From assembly GCA_024679065.1 (NCBI GenBank), contig JAGIQG010000008.1, positions 76,322,001-76,386,000 of the forward strand: a stretch of DNA of 64,000 bases, read 5' to 3'. This DNA is from Sphyrna mokarran (lineage: Eukaryota). Below, one piece after another: positions 25,269-37,389 of this stretch. The position numbers and the translations under genes are program-made. Position 1 is the stretch's first letter, and each line of letters starts with the position of its first letter. The notes under the pieces are model-generated. The model had not been told where the DNA came from, did not search any database, and was given only the letters and a program-made list of their open reading frames with translations.

Positions 25269-25590
25269 AGAATTATAGAATTATTGTAGAAAGAGACCAT
25301 TCAGCCCAATGGTGTCTGCATAGACTCTCTGAATGAACAAATCACTTGTGCCATTCTCCAGCCTTCACCCTGTAATCCTGCACATTTTTCCTTTTCAGAT
25401 AATTGTTTAATTGCTATTTGAATACTGAACCTGCCTTCACCACATAATGCATCCAGGCCTAAAACATTAATTGCATGAAAGAAAACTTTTGCTTCTTTTA
25501 CCAATTATTTTAAATGTATCCTCTCATTTTTGATCCTTTCAAAAATAAGAAAAAATTCTCCCCATCTGCCCAGATCTCGCCATCAAATCT

Positions 25591-25805
25591 GATGTAGAGA
25601 TGCTGGCATTGGATCGGGGTAAGCACAGTTACAAGTCTCACAATACCAGGCTAACATCCAACAGCTTTATTTAGTAGCACAAGCCACAAGCTTTCAGAGC
25701 ACTACCCCTTTGTCAAGTTAGTGAAAGCTCTGTTCACAAACAGGGTATATATAGATACAAACTCAATTTACATGATAACGGTTGGAGTGAGAGTCTTTAC
25801 AGGTA
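25591..25805 (-). mobile_element. Penelope family A 3' end (pLTR) fragment
   Basis: Tail 'gatgtagagatgctggcattgga', then sequence homologous to 39908-40085. Confidence 0.8.
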
Positions 25806-25814
25806 AATCTCCTG

Positions 25815-26790
25815 TCAACCTTCTTTCTCCAAGGAAAGCAGTCCTAACCTCTCCAACCTATTCAATACCTGACGTTCCTCATCCCTAGAACCTTTCTCAA
25901 TGTTTTCTGCACTTTCTTCAATGTCTTCAAATCCCTTATAAATTGTAGCGCCCAGAACTGCACACCATATAAGTACCAGACTCCTTATCCAGCATCCCAA
26001 AATCAAAACAAGTGACATTTAAAGTGTGCATCCTGGGTAGTAATTTGAATGAAACCTTATCCTTTAATTTTCATTTTTTGTATAAGTGCATACTTAAAGT
26101 TCAAAATTCATAAGTTTTCCTCAAACCAGTTCACATATGGTCCTGAGATTCCTGGTTATGGATTCCGGTACCTATGCTTCAGTTAAAGCTGAACCAGTGT
26201 TCTATACAAGTTTAGTATAACTTTCTAGTTTTTATTCTGTATATCCCTATTAATAAAGCCCAGGATGCAGTATGCTTTATTAACCAAACTCTCAACTTGT
26301 CCTGTTATCCTCTGTAACTTATGCACATATATACAATGTCCCTCTCCTCCTGCATCCCCTTTCAAATTATAGCTCTTATTTTATGTTGTCTCTCCATGTC
26401 CTTCATAATAAATGAATCATTTCACATTTCTCTGTATTAAAATTCATTTGCTATCTGTCACTCCTTCCACTGCTATGTCGATGTCCTTTCAAAATTCTAC
26501 ATTATTCTCCTTGTGGTTCACAATGCTTCCAAGCTTTGTGTCATCTGCAGGCTCTGAAATTGTGCCCTGTGCACCAACAATTGAGTCCTTAATATTATAT
26601 CTGGAAAAGGAACAGTCCTAAAACTGACCACTGGGAACTGAACTACACACCTTCCTCCATCAACAAAATTATCCTCTGTTTCCTGTCATTCAGTCAATTC
26701 CAATATCCATCTTGTTACTCTCCTTTTTAATGCATGAGTTGTATCTTTGCTCATACCTCTGTTGTCTGGAATTGTATCAAACATATTTCA
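25815..26790 (-). mobile_element. Old CR1 RT fragments
   Basis: LERLGLLSLEK, rc of 'tgtgtcatctgcagg' (ADDTK), rc of 'gaacagtcctaaaactgacc' (SVLGLF). Confidence 0.65.
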
Positions 26791-27001
26791 TGGAGAGGCT
26801 GTAGGACATTCCTCTGGGTGAGGAAAGTGGATGAGGGACTGAAAGCAGATTTTAGACTAGAAAGAAGAATGAAGAGCAGGATCTCTAAAGCAGTAATCTC
26901 AAGATTATACCCAATCCCACATGGAAGTGAATATTAGAAATAGGAGAAATACACAATTCAAAATGTGAATGGAAAGCTGATGAAAGAGGCATGGTAAAAG
27001 G

Positions 27002-27323
27002 GTGGCATGATGGCACAGTAGTTAGCACTGTTGCTTCAAAGTGTCAGCAACCCAGGTTCAATTCCAGCCTCAGGTCACTGTCTGTGTGGAGTCTGCAATT
27101 CTCCCTGTGTCTGCATGGGGTTTCCTCTGGGTACTCCAGTTTCCTCCTACAGTCCAAAGATGTGCGGGTTAGATGAATTGGCCATGCTAAATTATTCTTT
27201 AGTGTCACAAGATGTGTGGGTTAGGGGGTTGGTATGGCAAATATGAGGGGTCATGGGATTTGATGACAGTGTGGACTCGATAGGCCAAATGGCTTCCTTC
27301 TGCACTGGAGGGATTCTATTCTA
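27002..27323 (+). mobile_element. HE1/V-SINE
   Basis: tggcacagtagttagc A box, ggttcaattcc B box, V domain, gattctattcta tail. Confidence 0.9.
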
Positions 27324-27577
27324 TCAGGTTTCTGAGTGATTGGAATCAGTTCTGTGGAAGGTGGGATCTGTACAAGCCAGAGGGTCTACACCTGAACATG
27401 ACCAGGATAAATATCCTCACAGGGAGATTTGCTAGTGCTGTTGAGGAGGACTTTAAGCTAGATTGGCAGAAGGATGGGGACCTGAGGGCAAATTCAAGCA
27501 GGAAACGGGAGGCAGAAATTTAATGAGTGGCTCTGGCAGTCAGAAGAAGCACAAATTTAAAAAGTGTCCGACAGTTT

Positions 27578-28040
27578 TGAGTACAGAAAAGGTTTACCAG
27601 GATGCTGCCTGGTATGGAAGGTTTTAGCTATGAGGAAACATTGGGTAAACTGAGTTTGTTCTCCCTGGAAAGACGGAGAATAAGGGGAGACCTAATAGAG
27701 GTGTATAAAATTATGAAGGGCACAGATAGGGTGAACAGTGGGAAGCTTTTTCCCAGGTCAGAGGTGATGATCACGAAGGGTCACAGGTTCAAGGTGAAGG
27801 GGCGAGGTTTAACTCAGATATCAGAGAGATGTATTTTATAGAGAGGGTGGTGGGGGCCTGAAATGCACTGCCAAGCAGAGTGATAGAGACAGACACTTTG
27901 GGATCGTTTAAGATTTGTCTGGATGGCCACATGAACAGACTGAGAATGAGGGATACAAACAAATGGCCTAGTTGGACCAATGAGCGGCGCAGGCTTGGAG
28001 GACCGAAGGGTCTGTTTCTTGTGCTGTATTGTTCTTTGTT
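27578..28040 (+). mobile_element. CR1 3' fragment nested in older CR1
   Basis: RFTRMLPGMEGFSYEETLGKLSLFSLERRRIRGDLIEVYKIM; ttgttctttgtt tail. Confidence 0.9.
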
Positions 28041-28365
28041 CACAGGAATTTGGCAATGTTAAAGGCTGTGTATGTTAATGTAAGGAGGATAGCAAATAAA
28101 ACAGATGAGCTAAGGGCACAGATAGACATAGTGTAGCATGATATAATCACTATAATGGAAATTTGCCTAACGAGGGGCAAAGATGGCCACACAACATCTC
28201 TGAATATAGAGTTTTCAGAAAGGATAGACAGAGAGATAAAAAAGGTGGGTGTGTAATGTTAATTATTACAGATGTGAGGGGGGATGAGAATCTAAAAGGC
28301 ATCTAATGAGGCTATGTGGCTTGAGCTCAGAAGTAAAAAAAGGGGAGCTGTATTGGTAGGACTAA

Positions 28366-29605
28366 CTTACTAACCTCATTGAGTTTTTTGAGAAAGTGAC
28401 CAGAGAGGTGGATGGGGGTAAGGCGGTTGATGTAGTATATATGGACTTTAGTAAGGCGTTTGATAAGGTGGCCCATGGAAGACTTCTACAGAAAATGCAG
28501 ATGTGTGGAATAGAGGGTGATTTAGCTAATTGGATTAGGAATTGGCTGGCAGATAGAAGACAGAGGGTGGTGGTTGATGGGAGATATTCATCGTGGAGTT
28601 CGGTGACGAGTGGTGTGCCTCAGGGGTCTGTTTTGGGGCCCCTGCTGTTTGTAATTTTTATAAATGATCTGGATGAGGGTATTGAGGGATGGATCAGTAA
28701 ATTTGCAGATGATACTAAAGTTGGTGGAGTGGTAGATAGTGAAGAGGGGTGTTTTAGTTTACAGAGTGACTTGGACAAGTTGCAGAGCTGGGCCGAGAGG
28801 TGGCAAATGGAGTTTAATGTGGAAAAGTGTGAGGTAATGCACTTTGGCAGGAACAATAAATGTGTAGAGTATAGGGCTAATGGTAGGGCTCTTAATAGTG
28901 TTGAGGAACAGAAGGATCTTGGTGTATGTGTCAATAGATCCCTGAAAGTAGGCAGTCAAGTGGATAAAGTTGTTAAGAAGGCATATGGAGTCTTAGCTTT
29001 TATTGGTAGGGGGATTGAATTTAGGAGCCGCAGCATCATGTTGCAGCTGTACAAAACTCTAGTGCGGCCGCACTTGGAGTATTGTGTGCAGTTCTGGTCG
29101 CCACATTATAAGAAAGATGTGGAGGCATTGGAGAGGGTACAGAGGAGGTTTACTAGGATGTTGCCTGGTATGGAGGGCAGGTCCTATGAAGAGAGGTTGA
29201 AGGATTTGAGGTTGTTTTCGTTAGAAAGGAGGCGGCTAAGGGGGGATCTTATTGAAGCATATAAGATAATTAGAGGTTTGGATAGGGTGGACAGTGATAG
29301 CCTTTTTCCTAGGATGGAGAAAGCTAGCACGAGGGGACACAACTTTAAATTAAGGGGTATGAGTTATAGGACGGATATCAGAGGTAGGTTCTTTACTCAA
29401 AGAGTGATTAGGGAGTGGAATGCCCTGCCTGCAGCTGTTGTAGATGCGCCAAGTTTGGTGGCGTTTAAGAGGTTAGTTGATAAGTATATGGATGAGAAGG
29501 GAATGGTTTAGTTAGGAGGGGCATTGCTTTTTATTTTGGTCGGCACAACATCGAAGGCCGAAGGGCCTGTTCTGTGCTGTATTGTTCTATGTTCTATGTT
29601 CTATG
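28366..29605 (+). mobile_element. Young 5'-truncated CR1 LINE
   Basis: Uninterrupted RT frame from LTNLIEFFE to stop at 29511, short 3' UTR, (ttctatg)n tail; splits the APE region of the older CR1. Confidence 0.95.
28396..29511 (+). CDS. CR1 ORF2 reverse transcriptase C-terminal part (5'-truncated, no native start)
   Basis: YMDFSKAFDKV, SGVPQGSVLGPLLF, FADDTK, LYKTLVRPHLEYCVQFWSP; 371 aa with no stops. Confidence 0.9.
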   Translation: MTREVDGGKAVDVVYMDFSKAFDKVAHGRLLQKMQMCGIEGDLANWIRNWLADRRQRVVVDGRYSSWSSVTSGVPQGSVLGPLLFVIFINDLDEGIEGWISKFADDTKVGGVVDSEEGCFSLQSDLDKLQSWAERWQMEFNVEKCEVMHFGRNNKCVEYRANGRALNSVEEQKDLGVCVNRSLKVGSQVDKVVKKAYGVLAFIGRGIEFRSRSIMLQLYKTLVRPHLEYCVQFWSPHYKKDVEALERVQRRFTRMLPGMEGRSYEERLKDLRLFSLERRRLRGDLIEAYKIIRGLDRVDSDSLFPRMEKASTRGHNFKLRGMSYRTDIRGRFFTQRVIREWNALPAAVVDAPSLVAFKRLVDKYMDEKGMV

Positions 29606-29827
29606 ACTGTAATATATATCCTCAAATAGAAGAGCAAATATATAGGCAAATTTCTAAATACAAAAACAATAGGCCAATAATTGGTAGAGACTTCAACTAC
29701 CCTAATATCAATTGGAATATGAACAATGTGTTGGCCATAAAGACTACAAAATTCTTGAACTGTTTTCAATAGAACTTCTTTAACCAGCATGTAAAAAGCC
29801 CAGAGAGGTGTAATAATTCTAAATTTA

Positions 29828-29937
29828 AGGCACAATCTTACCAGTCATTCACGCCGCAGTCCTGCTGCAGCGAGTTTTGAGAATTTGGCACCCAGCCAAA
29901 TCTCTGTTCATTACAGCGGGTGGTAACATTCCAGCTT
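29828..29937. mobile_element. Short MITE-like insertion (similar ones at ~1530-1665 and 47376-47498)
   Basis: Imperfect terminal inverted repeats (ggcacaatcttacc / ggtaacattccagc) interrupting CR1 coding remnant; shared 'ccattcacttcagtgg'-like core. Confidence 0.5.
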
Positions 29938-31898
29938 TAGTTTTCAGATATAAAACTGGGCAAGTGCATGAAGTGGCAACAGGGTCTTAATATTCAGACA
30001 TGAAGTTGGGCAAATGGATGAAGTAGCAGTGGGGAATCACTTAGGAGAGATTGACCATAATGCAGTTGCATTTAACATTATTATGGAAAAGGACAAAGGT
30101 AGAACAGGAGTAAAAGTTCAAAACTGGGGGGGGAACACATTTTGTAAAGTTAAGAAATAGGCCTGGCAAGAGGTGATTGACTGCAACTATTAGAAGGAAA
30201 AACTGTGTCAAATCATCGGGAGGCATTCAAAAGCAAGATTCTGTGTGCACAATGTAGACATGTCCCACAAAGAAAAATGGTGAAATTGCCAAATTGAGAG
30301 CCTCCAGGTTACCCAGAAGCACACAAGGTAAGATAAAGCAGGAAAAGAATGCTTATGACAGTCACAAAAAAGCTTAGTACTATAGAAAATCCAGAGGAAT
30401 AATAAAAGTTAAGAGGTGAAATAAAAATGGAAATTAGGAAAGCAAAAAGAGGGTACAAAAAATATTGGCAGGTAAAATCAAAGAAAACCCTAAATGTTTT
30501 AGCAATACATTAAATGCAAGAGAATAACTAAGGAAAGGATAGGGCCTATCAAAGTTGTACGTAGTAACTTATGCTGAAGATATGGGCAATATTCTCAGTA
30601 TTACTTTATCTCCATCTTCACTAAGAAGAAGGGTGATGCAAACATTCTAGTTTAAAGAGGAGTGTGAAATGCTAGACACAATAAGCATAATGAGTGAGAA
30701 AGTACTGGAGGGGTTGACATCCTTAGAGGTGGGTAAATCACCAGGATTGGATAGATTATATCCCGGGCCAATAAAGGAAGTTGGGGGGAAAATAATGGAT
30801 TATCAGAGGATTATTTTCCAATCCTCACTAAATACAAGTGAGATACAAGAGGATTTGAATTCTGTGAACATTGTACCACTATTTAAAAAGGGAGCGAGGG
30901 ATAGGCCAGAAAGCTACAGGCTTATCAATCTGACTTCATTAGTGGGAAAATTATTGGAAACAATTCTGACAGGATAAACTGTCACTTAAAAAGTCATAGA
31001 TTGATTTTGGATAATCAGTGTGATTTTGTTAAGGACAGGTTGTTTCTTACTAACTTAATCAAATTTTTGAGGCAGTAACAAGGAGGATTACTGAATGTAG
31101 TGCAGTTGCCCACAGAGATTTTAATAAGGCATTTCTCAATGTCCCACATGGCCGACAGGTCAGAAAATTGAGACCCCTGTGGAACACAGAGGGAAGTGGT
31201 GAGCTGAATCCAAAATAAAGGAAACAAAGCTAATGGTCTATGGATGTTATTGTGAATGGAAAGTGGTTCCAATTCTTCCATCTCCTTCTTTTCTCCCACT
31301 TCCAGGACAGGTTACAATATTTGAAAAGAGAAAAGCACAAATTGTAGTGAGAGTAAAGCAAGAGGTGTTTGTTCACACTGTTCACAGTTTGCAAATCAGA
31401 GTTGATTGTGGGCTAAGGAGAAACTGGAATTTGAAAAGAAGATTAAGCATGTGCATACATTATTTTTGTATGGTTTCTCTCTGCCATGATTGGACAATGA
31501 CATGATGATGTGGCAGGGAGCAAAGAAAAGACAACTTTGAGCAGGAGCCTTCACTGGGTACAGAGTGTCCAAACCTGCTTTCTTACCCAGACTGCAAAAC
31601 ATCAGCAGCAGCTATTACATGTCCCATCACTGCTAACATCCTAGTAGTGGCCATTAATTTAACATCATGGAGTTAACATCATTATGGAAAAGGACAAAGC
31701 TAGAACAGGAGTAAAAGTACAAAATTGGGGGAGGAGAGATTTTGTAAAGTTAAGAAATAGGCCTGGCAAGAGGTGATTGACTGTCTTATTTGCCCCACAG
31801 GCGAACAACTCACCTGACATCTCACTTGGCACAGGTAAAGTCCTAGATGAGGCAAATAGATGATATCTCACTCTGATGTGAGGGAAAGGGTGCAGGAT

Positions 31899-32224
31899 TT
31901 AGAATCATAGAATCCTACAGTGCACAAGGAGGCCATTTGGCCAATCAAGTCTACACCAACGACAGTCCCACCTAGGCCCTATCTCTAATACCCCATGCAT
32001 TTACCTCACTATTCTTTCAACACTAAGCGGCAATTTAGCATGGCCAATCAACCTAACTTGCACATCCTTGGACTGTGAGAAGAAACCAGAGCACCCAGAG
32101 AAACTCATTCAGACACGGGGAAAATGAGCAAATTCTGCACAAACAGTGACCCAAGCTGGGAATCGAATCCAGGTCTCTGGCGCTGTGAGGCAGCAGTGCT
32201 AATCACTGTGCTACCGTGCTGCCT
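31899..32224 (-). mobile_element. HE1/V-SINE
   Basis: Minus strand ggcagcacggtagcacagtgattagcactgctgcctcacagcgcc...ttcgattccc; gattcta tail. Confidence 0.9.
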
Positions 32225-33004
32225 CTATTTAAATTCCCACCCATTGATAGTACAGCACAGTGCAAAGGGTAGGCTTTTAGTCTTTTGTGTCTGTGTCTTG
32301 GCTAACTCTTCAACTGGAATTTTCTATTTTAGTATCGCATACACTCAGACATCAAGATATATTTATGAATATATGGAATTATAACAAAACACTCTGATAT
32401 CATATTGAAGTAGGGCATAGGGAACTGATTGATGAGCATTTGTGTGCTTTATCTCAAGGCCTCCTATTACATTATAAAGTACAGTAAGTTCACCACAATG
32501 GTATTCAATGAAGTAATTCTTGACCCTGTGTCAGTCCTCTTGACCCTGTGTCTGTGACGCTTATGTAAAGAATGTGACCTTTACAATGCAATATTAAACT
32601 TCTATCTCAACCATTAGGACAGGCATAATTCAATACCTTGCAAATATTCTTGGTGACCTGTTCATCTGCGAATTGAAGTATAGTGAGAATTTCTTTAGAA
32701 TGTAGGAAAGTGAGCATTAAGAGATCATTTGAGTTCACAAATCGATTTTGTCAAAGGTTAACTATAATTTCAACAATTTATCTTGGCTTTGTTTCAAAGT
32801 TGTACTCGAGTTCAACTGAATGTTTCTGAGTATTTAGATGAGGTGATGTGGTTAGCACTTGAATTTTGATTCCAGACACGGTGCATGGGATAAAAATCAG
32901 TTAGATGGTTCAGTGAGTGGATGTACCATTGATGAGAAGTTTCTCTGGTGTGGTGAAATTCTAACTCCCTTTTCTCACACTTATACTTTTGTCACTGTGT
33001 CCTC

Positions 33005-33372
33005 ACTGACGGTACTGATAAGTGTCCTCACCTTTTATTCTGGAGAATGTGGATCAAAGTTTACTCCAGAGACTGAGCAGACTGGAAGTCCAGTGTAGTG
33101 CTGAGACCTGAGGCCTTGTCTTTCTTAGATGAAAAAGATCTCATGACACTATTTTCCAGATGGGTAGGAGAATTCTGCATTATTAGGTCTGACCAATAAT
33201 TATCTTTCAACCAATTCCTAAAACAAATTACCTCAACTTTATCTAAAAACTCTTTGTGGAATTTTGTGTGCCAGTTGGCTTCTGTGTTTCCTACATTAGG
33301 TGAGCACTTCAAAAGGCACTTCATTGGCTATAAAGCATGAAAGGTGCTACATAAATGTAATTTGTTCTTTCT
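33005..33372 (+). mobile_element. Deu-domain SINE (SacSINE1-like)
   Basis: 'aaagatctcatgacactatttt...ccaataattatctttcaacc...cacttcattggctataaagc...aaaggtgctacataaatgtaa' is the reverse complement of 63200-63480; L2-like tail. Confidence 0.65.
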
Positions 33373-33429
33373 TATATGATGTCAATCCAAATGATTGTGA
33401 AGGCTGAAGAGTTTATTGGAGCACATTTT

Positions 33430-33520
33430 ACAAGAGATGAATGGCCAGAACCTTGCATTACAGAGGTTGATAACAATGCAAGAAGAAGTACATAGACCTC
33501 AAGAGGATTGTCAAGGTGCG
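33430..33520 (+). pseudogene. Harbinger Myb/SANT fragment
   Basis: EMNGQNL...QCKKKYIDLKRIVK followed by a gtgcgt donor-like site, paralleling 2720-2810. Confidence 0.5.
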
Positions 33521-34435
33521 TGAATACATCCTCACGGTAAATCACATGTCAACCACCCTCCTCACTCGGCTCAATGCACCAGAACTTCATCATTCACCCA
33601 GTAGCATACCTTGCCAGCTCAGAACACATGCCCAACATTAATATATTCTAATATAAAAGCAAATTACTGCAGATGCTGGAATCTGAAACAAATCTCAGCA
33701 GGCCTGACAACATCAATGGGCAGAGAACAGAATTAATTTTCAAGTCTGGATGACAGTTACACCCCTAATCATTGGCCACGTTCCCCCCGCACTCCCCAGA
33801 TCATCAGCCCTTTCCCCCTCCTGATCGCTAGTTCCTTACTCCCAATCATTGGCCCTTTCATCCTGTCCGATCATCAGTTCCTCCTTCCACTCCACAAGAC
33901 GCAGAGTCAGCATCCAGCTCCCCCGAAGGCCACCACAGACACACCCAACTCCTCCGCTCTAGGCCATCACCACATCAAATGAATCACCCCACTCCCTCAT
34001 GATGCTCCCACTGGCACCTGACATGCCAAGGGGTAAAGTCAGGGAGCATTGCCAGGATACTACCTGTCCATGAGCCTCTCCCCCAGGGCTATACTTACTT
34101 TTACACATCCCCACAACAGCTTCATGTCTAGGTGAACCTGTTGGAAACCGCGCTGATGTGACATCAGTCAGCATGGTGTCAGTCTATGGCAGGGGGTCAA
34201 TATCTGATAAGAGGGCAGGTTAGTGATATTAAGATTTATTGAAATGCATATGAAGCAGGTTCATGCCCATTATGGGTATGAACTTGATGACATTGCTGGC
34301 GAAGGGCAAGAAGATCCAAAATCACCATCTTGTCAGCGAGATCTGCAACTTCCAGATCTTGAGCCCCTGCCAGCATTTGAACAGATGGAGGAGTGGGCTC
34401 AACATCGCCCCCTTCAGTTTTTTGCCAAACACACA

Positions 34436-34712
34436 AAAATAGAGAATGCTGGAAAACGTCAGCAGGTCTGACAGCATCTGTGGGGAATGAATAGAGCCAA
34501 CGTTTCGAATCTAGGTGAACCTTTGTCTGAGCTGAGAGCAAAGAGAATCAGCAGAGATTTATACTATGAGGATGGAGGGGTTCATGCTCTCGACTCTGAT
34601 GAACAATTGTCAGACTCGAAATGTTGGCTCTATTCTCTCCCCACAGACGCTGTTGGATCTGCTGAGATTTTCCAGCTGTTTCTGCTTTTGTTTCAGATTC
34701 CAGCATCCACAG
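34436..34712. mobile_element. Fold-back Penelope family B element with hammerhead-like core
   Basis: ~85-bp imperfect inverted arms (gctggaaaacgtcagcaggtctgacagcatctgtgggga..atagagccaacgtttcga / tcgaaatgttggctctatt..tccccacagacgctgttggatctgctgagattttccagc); CTGATGA at 34596-34602 and GAAA at 34618-34621. Confidence 0.8.
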
Positions 34713-35399
34713 TGTTTTACTTTTATACCCTAGGCAATGATGCTGTCCTGAGATTTATATAAAGACCAATTTTGAACATAACCCTGCAAACAATGAAGGA
34801 GATAAAGAATGGTGTCAAAGACAAAGTGCCACGCTATTTTCAACATCTGCATATTTCCCACAGATTTCACAAGCATTTACTATGAAAGGTGGTTGGTAAA
34901 CAATGACCACAAAATTCATTGGTACACTGTGAATATTTTTGCCACAATGGAGACATTTCAGATATACACGAGCACATGCGCAACACGTACAGCATCTCAC
35001 ATCTCAAGCTATTTTGACTCTTTGTTCTAATCTAAATTTCAGTCTCCAGTTAATTCCCCACTACTGAACTTGACTTCAGCAGAAGGAAAGGCATCCTACT
35101 AGTTTTATTTAAAAGGAGCATCAATTACTTTCAGATTAATTGTTGACTGATTTCTGCTGACTGGTGCTGAGGTGGTAATTATGCCTGGAGGAATGCAGTG
35201 CTACTTAAAGTTGCTAAAGTCTATCGGGAGTGGTGTGGCGTATGATGGAGCCTCTGATTTTCACATAGAGCATGCTGCTCAGATCACTTGCTCCCAGACG
35301 CCGGGTATATTAGTTTCCATCTCCATTAGTTTCCAGCATGACTGGGAAAATAAACAGAGGTGAACTAGAAGGGATAAATTGCTCAAAGAGAAAAGAAAA

Positions 35400-36260
35400 G
35401 GAAAGAGGTGTCAATAGGACCCATATCCATCCAGCATCTTCATGAAGCATCACTTCTATCTCAATCTCAGTGAGTAACAATGTGTGATGTCTCTTTCGCT
35501 AAGGAGATCTCACTGAAACCTGTCAGCTCAGAGCAGGGTGAAGATGGCATTTGCAGTGGCTGTGAAGTTGACTGTGGCCATGAATTTTCACTGTACAAGC
35601 TCCTTCCAAGCCCCTTAAGCAGGTGATGTTTTCAACATAGCCCAGTTTGCTGTCTACTCTTGTATAAGAAATCATTGAGGTTGTGTATACAATGAGAGCT
35701 GAATGCATTTCCTTCTTTCTTGCCAAAGAGAATCAGACGGATGGACACACAGTATCACCTGGATAGCAGGCTTCCCTGTGTGGCTGCGTACGTTGCTCTG
35801 TGGGCAATGCATGAAAAGCAGAAATGCACCTCCACCAGAAAAGGTTCTGTTACCTCACTGTCCAGCTGCCCTATGATCATACTTAACATGGCATGTGGGT
35901 TAATGCCTGCAACAGTCATTCTGTGATTATGCATTTATCAATGAACAAATCAGAGTGTGACTACTGGACATATGGCTGTCCTTTCTGTACATTACCCTTA
36001 ACCACTGAGCTCATGATTATAATACACAATGCAACCACATGTGGTCAATATTTGAGAGCCATGTTCCCACTCAAAAATTAATTGAGCAGAAAACTGCAAT
36101 TCTTAAGCAATGTTCTGCCTTACAGACTGTTATGGAGCAGTCCTGCAGTATTTTCAAGGACCCTTTTCACAATTTGTGGTGGGTCTGCTCTTTCTTGAAC
36201 AATCTCATCATCATGAGGGCACAGTTCTTGTCAAGTATATGGTGAGTATCTGAGAAGGAG
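35400..36260 (+). pseudogene. Decayed Harbinger transposase
   Basis: PYPSSIF..HHFYLNLSE*QCV, AVAVKLTVAMNF, YPLTTELM, ESHVPTQKLIEQKTAILKQ. Confidence 0.7.
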
Positions 36261-36399
36261 GAAGGGAGGAGGTAGTCAATCAGGATCATCTCTTTTCAGC
36301 CAGAATGTCCATGAATGGTTCATCTAATCACAGTACCAGGAAACAGAACCAAATCCCCCTTTCAGCAGTCTAGCATTTGATTTTGATTTGATTTGACAT

Positions 36400-37030
36400 A
36401 AAATGCCAGGTCTATGTCATCGGTACCAATGTGGACCACAATGTCAGAATGTTTACCCTCCCCAGTAGAATATTGTGTAGCTGCTTTGTGATATCTCTGA
36501 CCCTGGCACCAGGGAGGCAAAACACCTGGAGTAATGTCTACACTGCAGAAATGCCCATCTGCTCCCCTAACACTATTTACCTTCCACTCTTCCTTCTCTG
36601 AGTGAATGCAGTGGAACCACCCATGATGTCATAGACTTGGCACTGGCTGCACTCCCCTGAGGAACCATCACCCTCACAAATTTCTGAACTTAAAAAAAAA
36701 ACAGGTAGCAAGTGAGATAGACTCAGAGGACTGCTATGTTAGCTGCCTGATTTTCTTAACCTGCCTTACGGCCACCCATTTCCTCTTAACCTGCGTGCTC
36801 CTAAAATGCAGTGTGAGCATCTACCTAAGTGTGCTGTGCACATAGTTCTCTTCCTTGTGTATGCACCATTGTGACTCCAACTACCTCCCAAGTTCCAAAA
36901 CATAGAACTTAATTTTCAGCAGCCAATGGCACTTTCTGCAAAATATGTTTGCCTAGGTCACATGGTGCATCTATGACTTTCCACATGCCACAGGAAGCAC
37001 ATTTCACTTGACTCAGCTGCCCTACCATAC
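36400..37030 (-). mobile_element. Decayed CR1 ORF1 (Cys-rich N-terminus, coiled coil, SGNH esterase)
   Basis: Minus strand VFCLPGARVRDI (36490-36525) and IVVHIGTDDI (36412-36443). Confidence 0.75.
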
Positions 37031-37389
37031 TTTAACTTTACAAGCTATTTATTGTAAATAGAATAAGTAGAACAATTATCAATTGGTTGCCAAATAACCT
37101 TTTCCTATGTACCAAAGCACATAGGTATCTACGATAGCTACGAAAGTGAGAACCTATAAAAGGTAGAACATACCTCTCTTCACCAAATTCCCTTATTCAG
37201 CAGTAGTCATTCACTCCATTTCACAAGAGTTAATAGTTAAGAATTGCATGTATTAATGACTATTGTTCAGATAAAGTTAGGATAGCTTGATAACATTGTG
37301 GTGTGTTATGTTTTAAGAGGATGCTCATGTAGTTCACAGCAGAAAGATGGAAAGATTGGCAATTGTGAATCAGCATTAAGTTCGGAAAT

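Larger units (their letters stand above)
27324..31260 (+). mobile_element. Old CR1 LINE (ORF1 esterase end, APE, RT start) hosting nested insertions
   Basis: GRWDLYKPEGLHLN (27350-27395), YVNVRRIANKTDEL (28070), DFNYPNINW (29690), KSPGLDRLYP...VPLFKKG..RPESYRLINLTSLVGKLLE (30730-30960). Confidence 0.85.

Noticed and set aside
28396-29511. Longest ORF as a host or domesticated RT gene
   Set aside because: Starts mid-RT with no native start and has the CR1 3' UTR and tail; it is a truncated LINE copy
32519-32553. Short tandem duplication (cttgaccctgtgtc x2)
   Set aside because: Ordinary slippage duplication with no further structure
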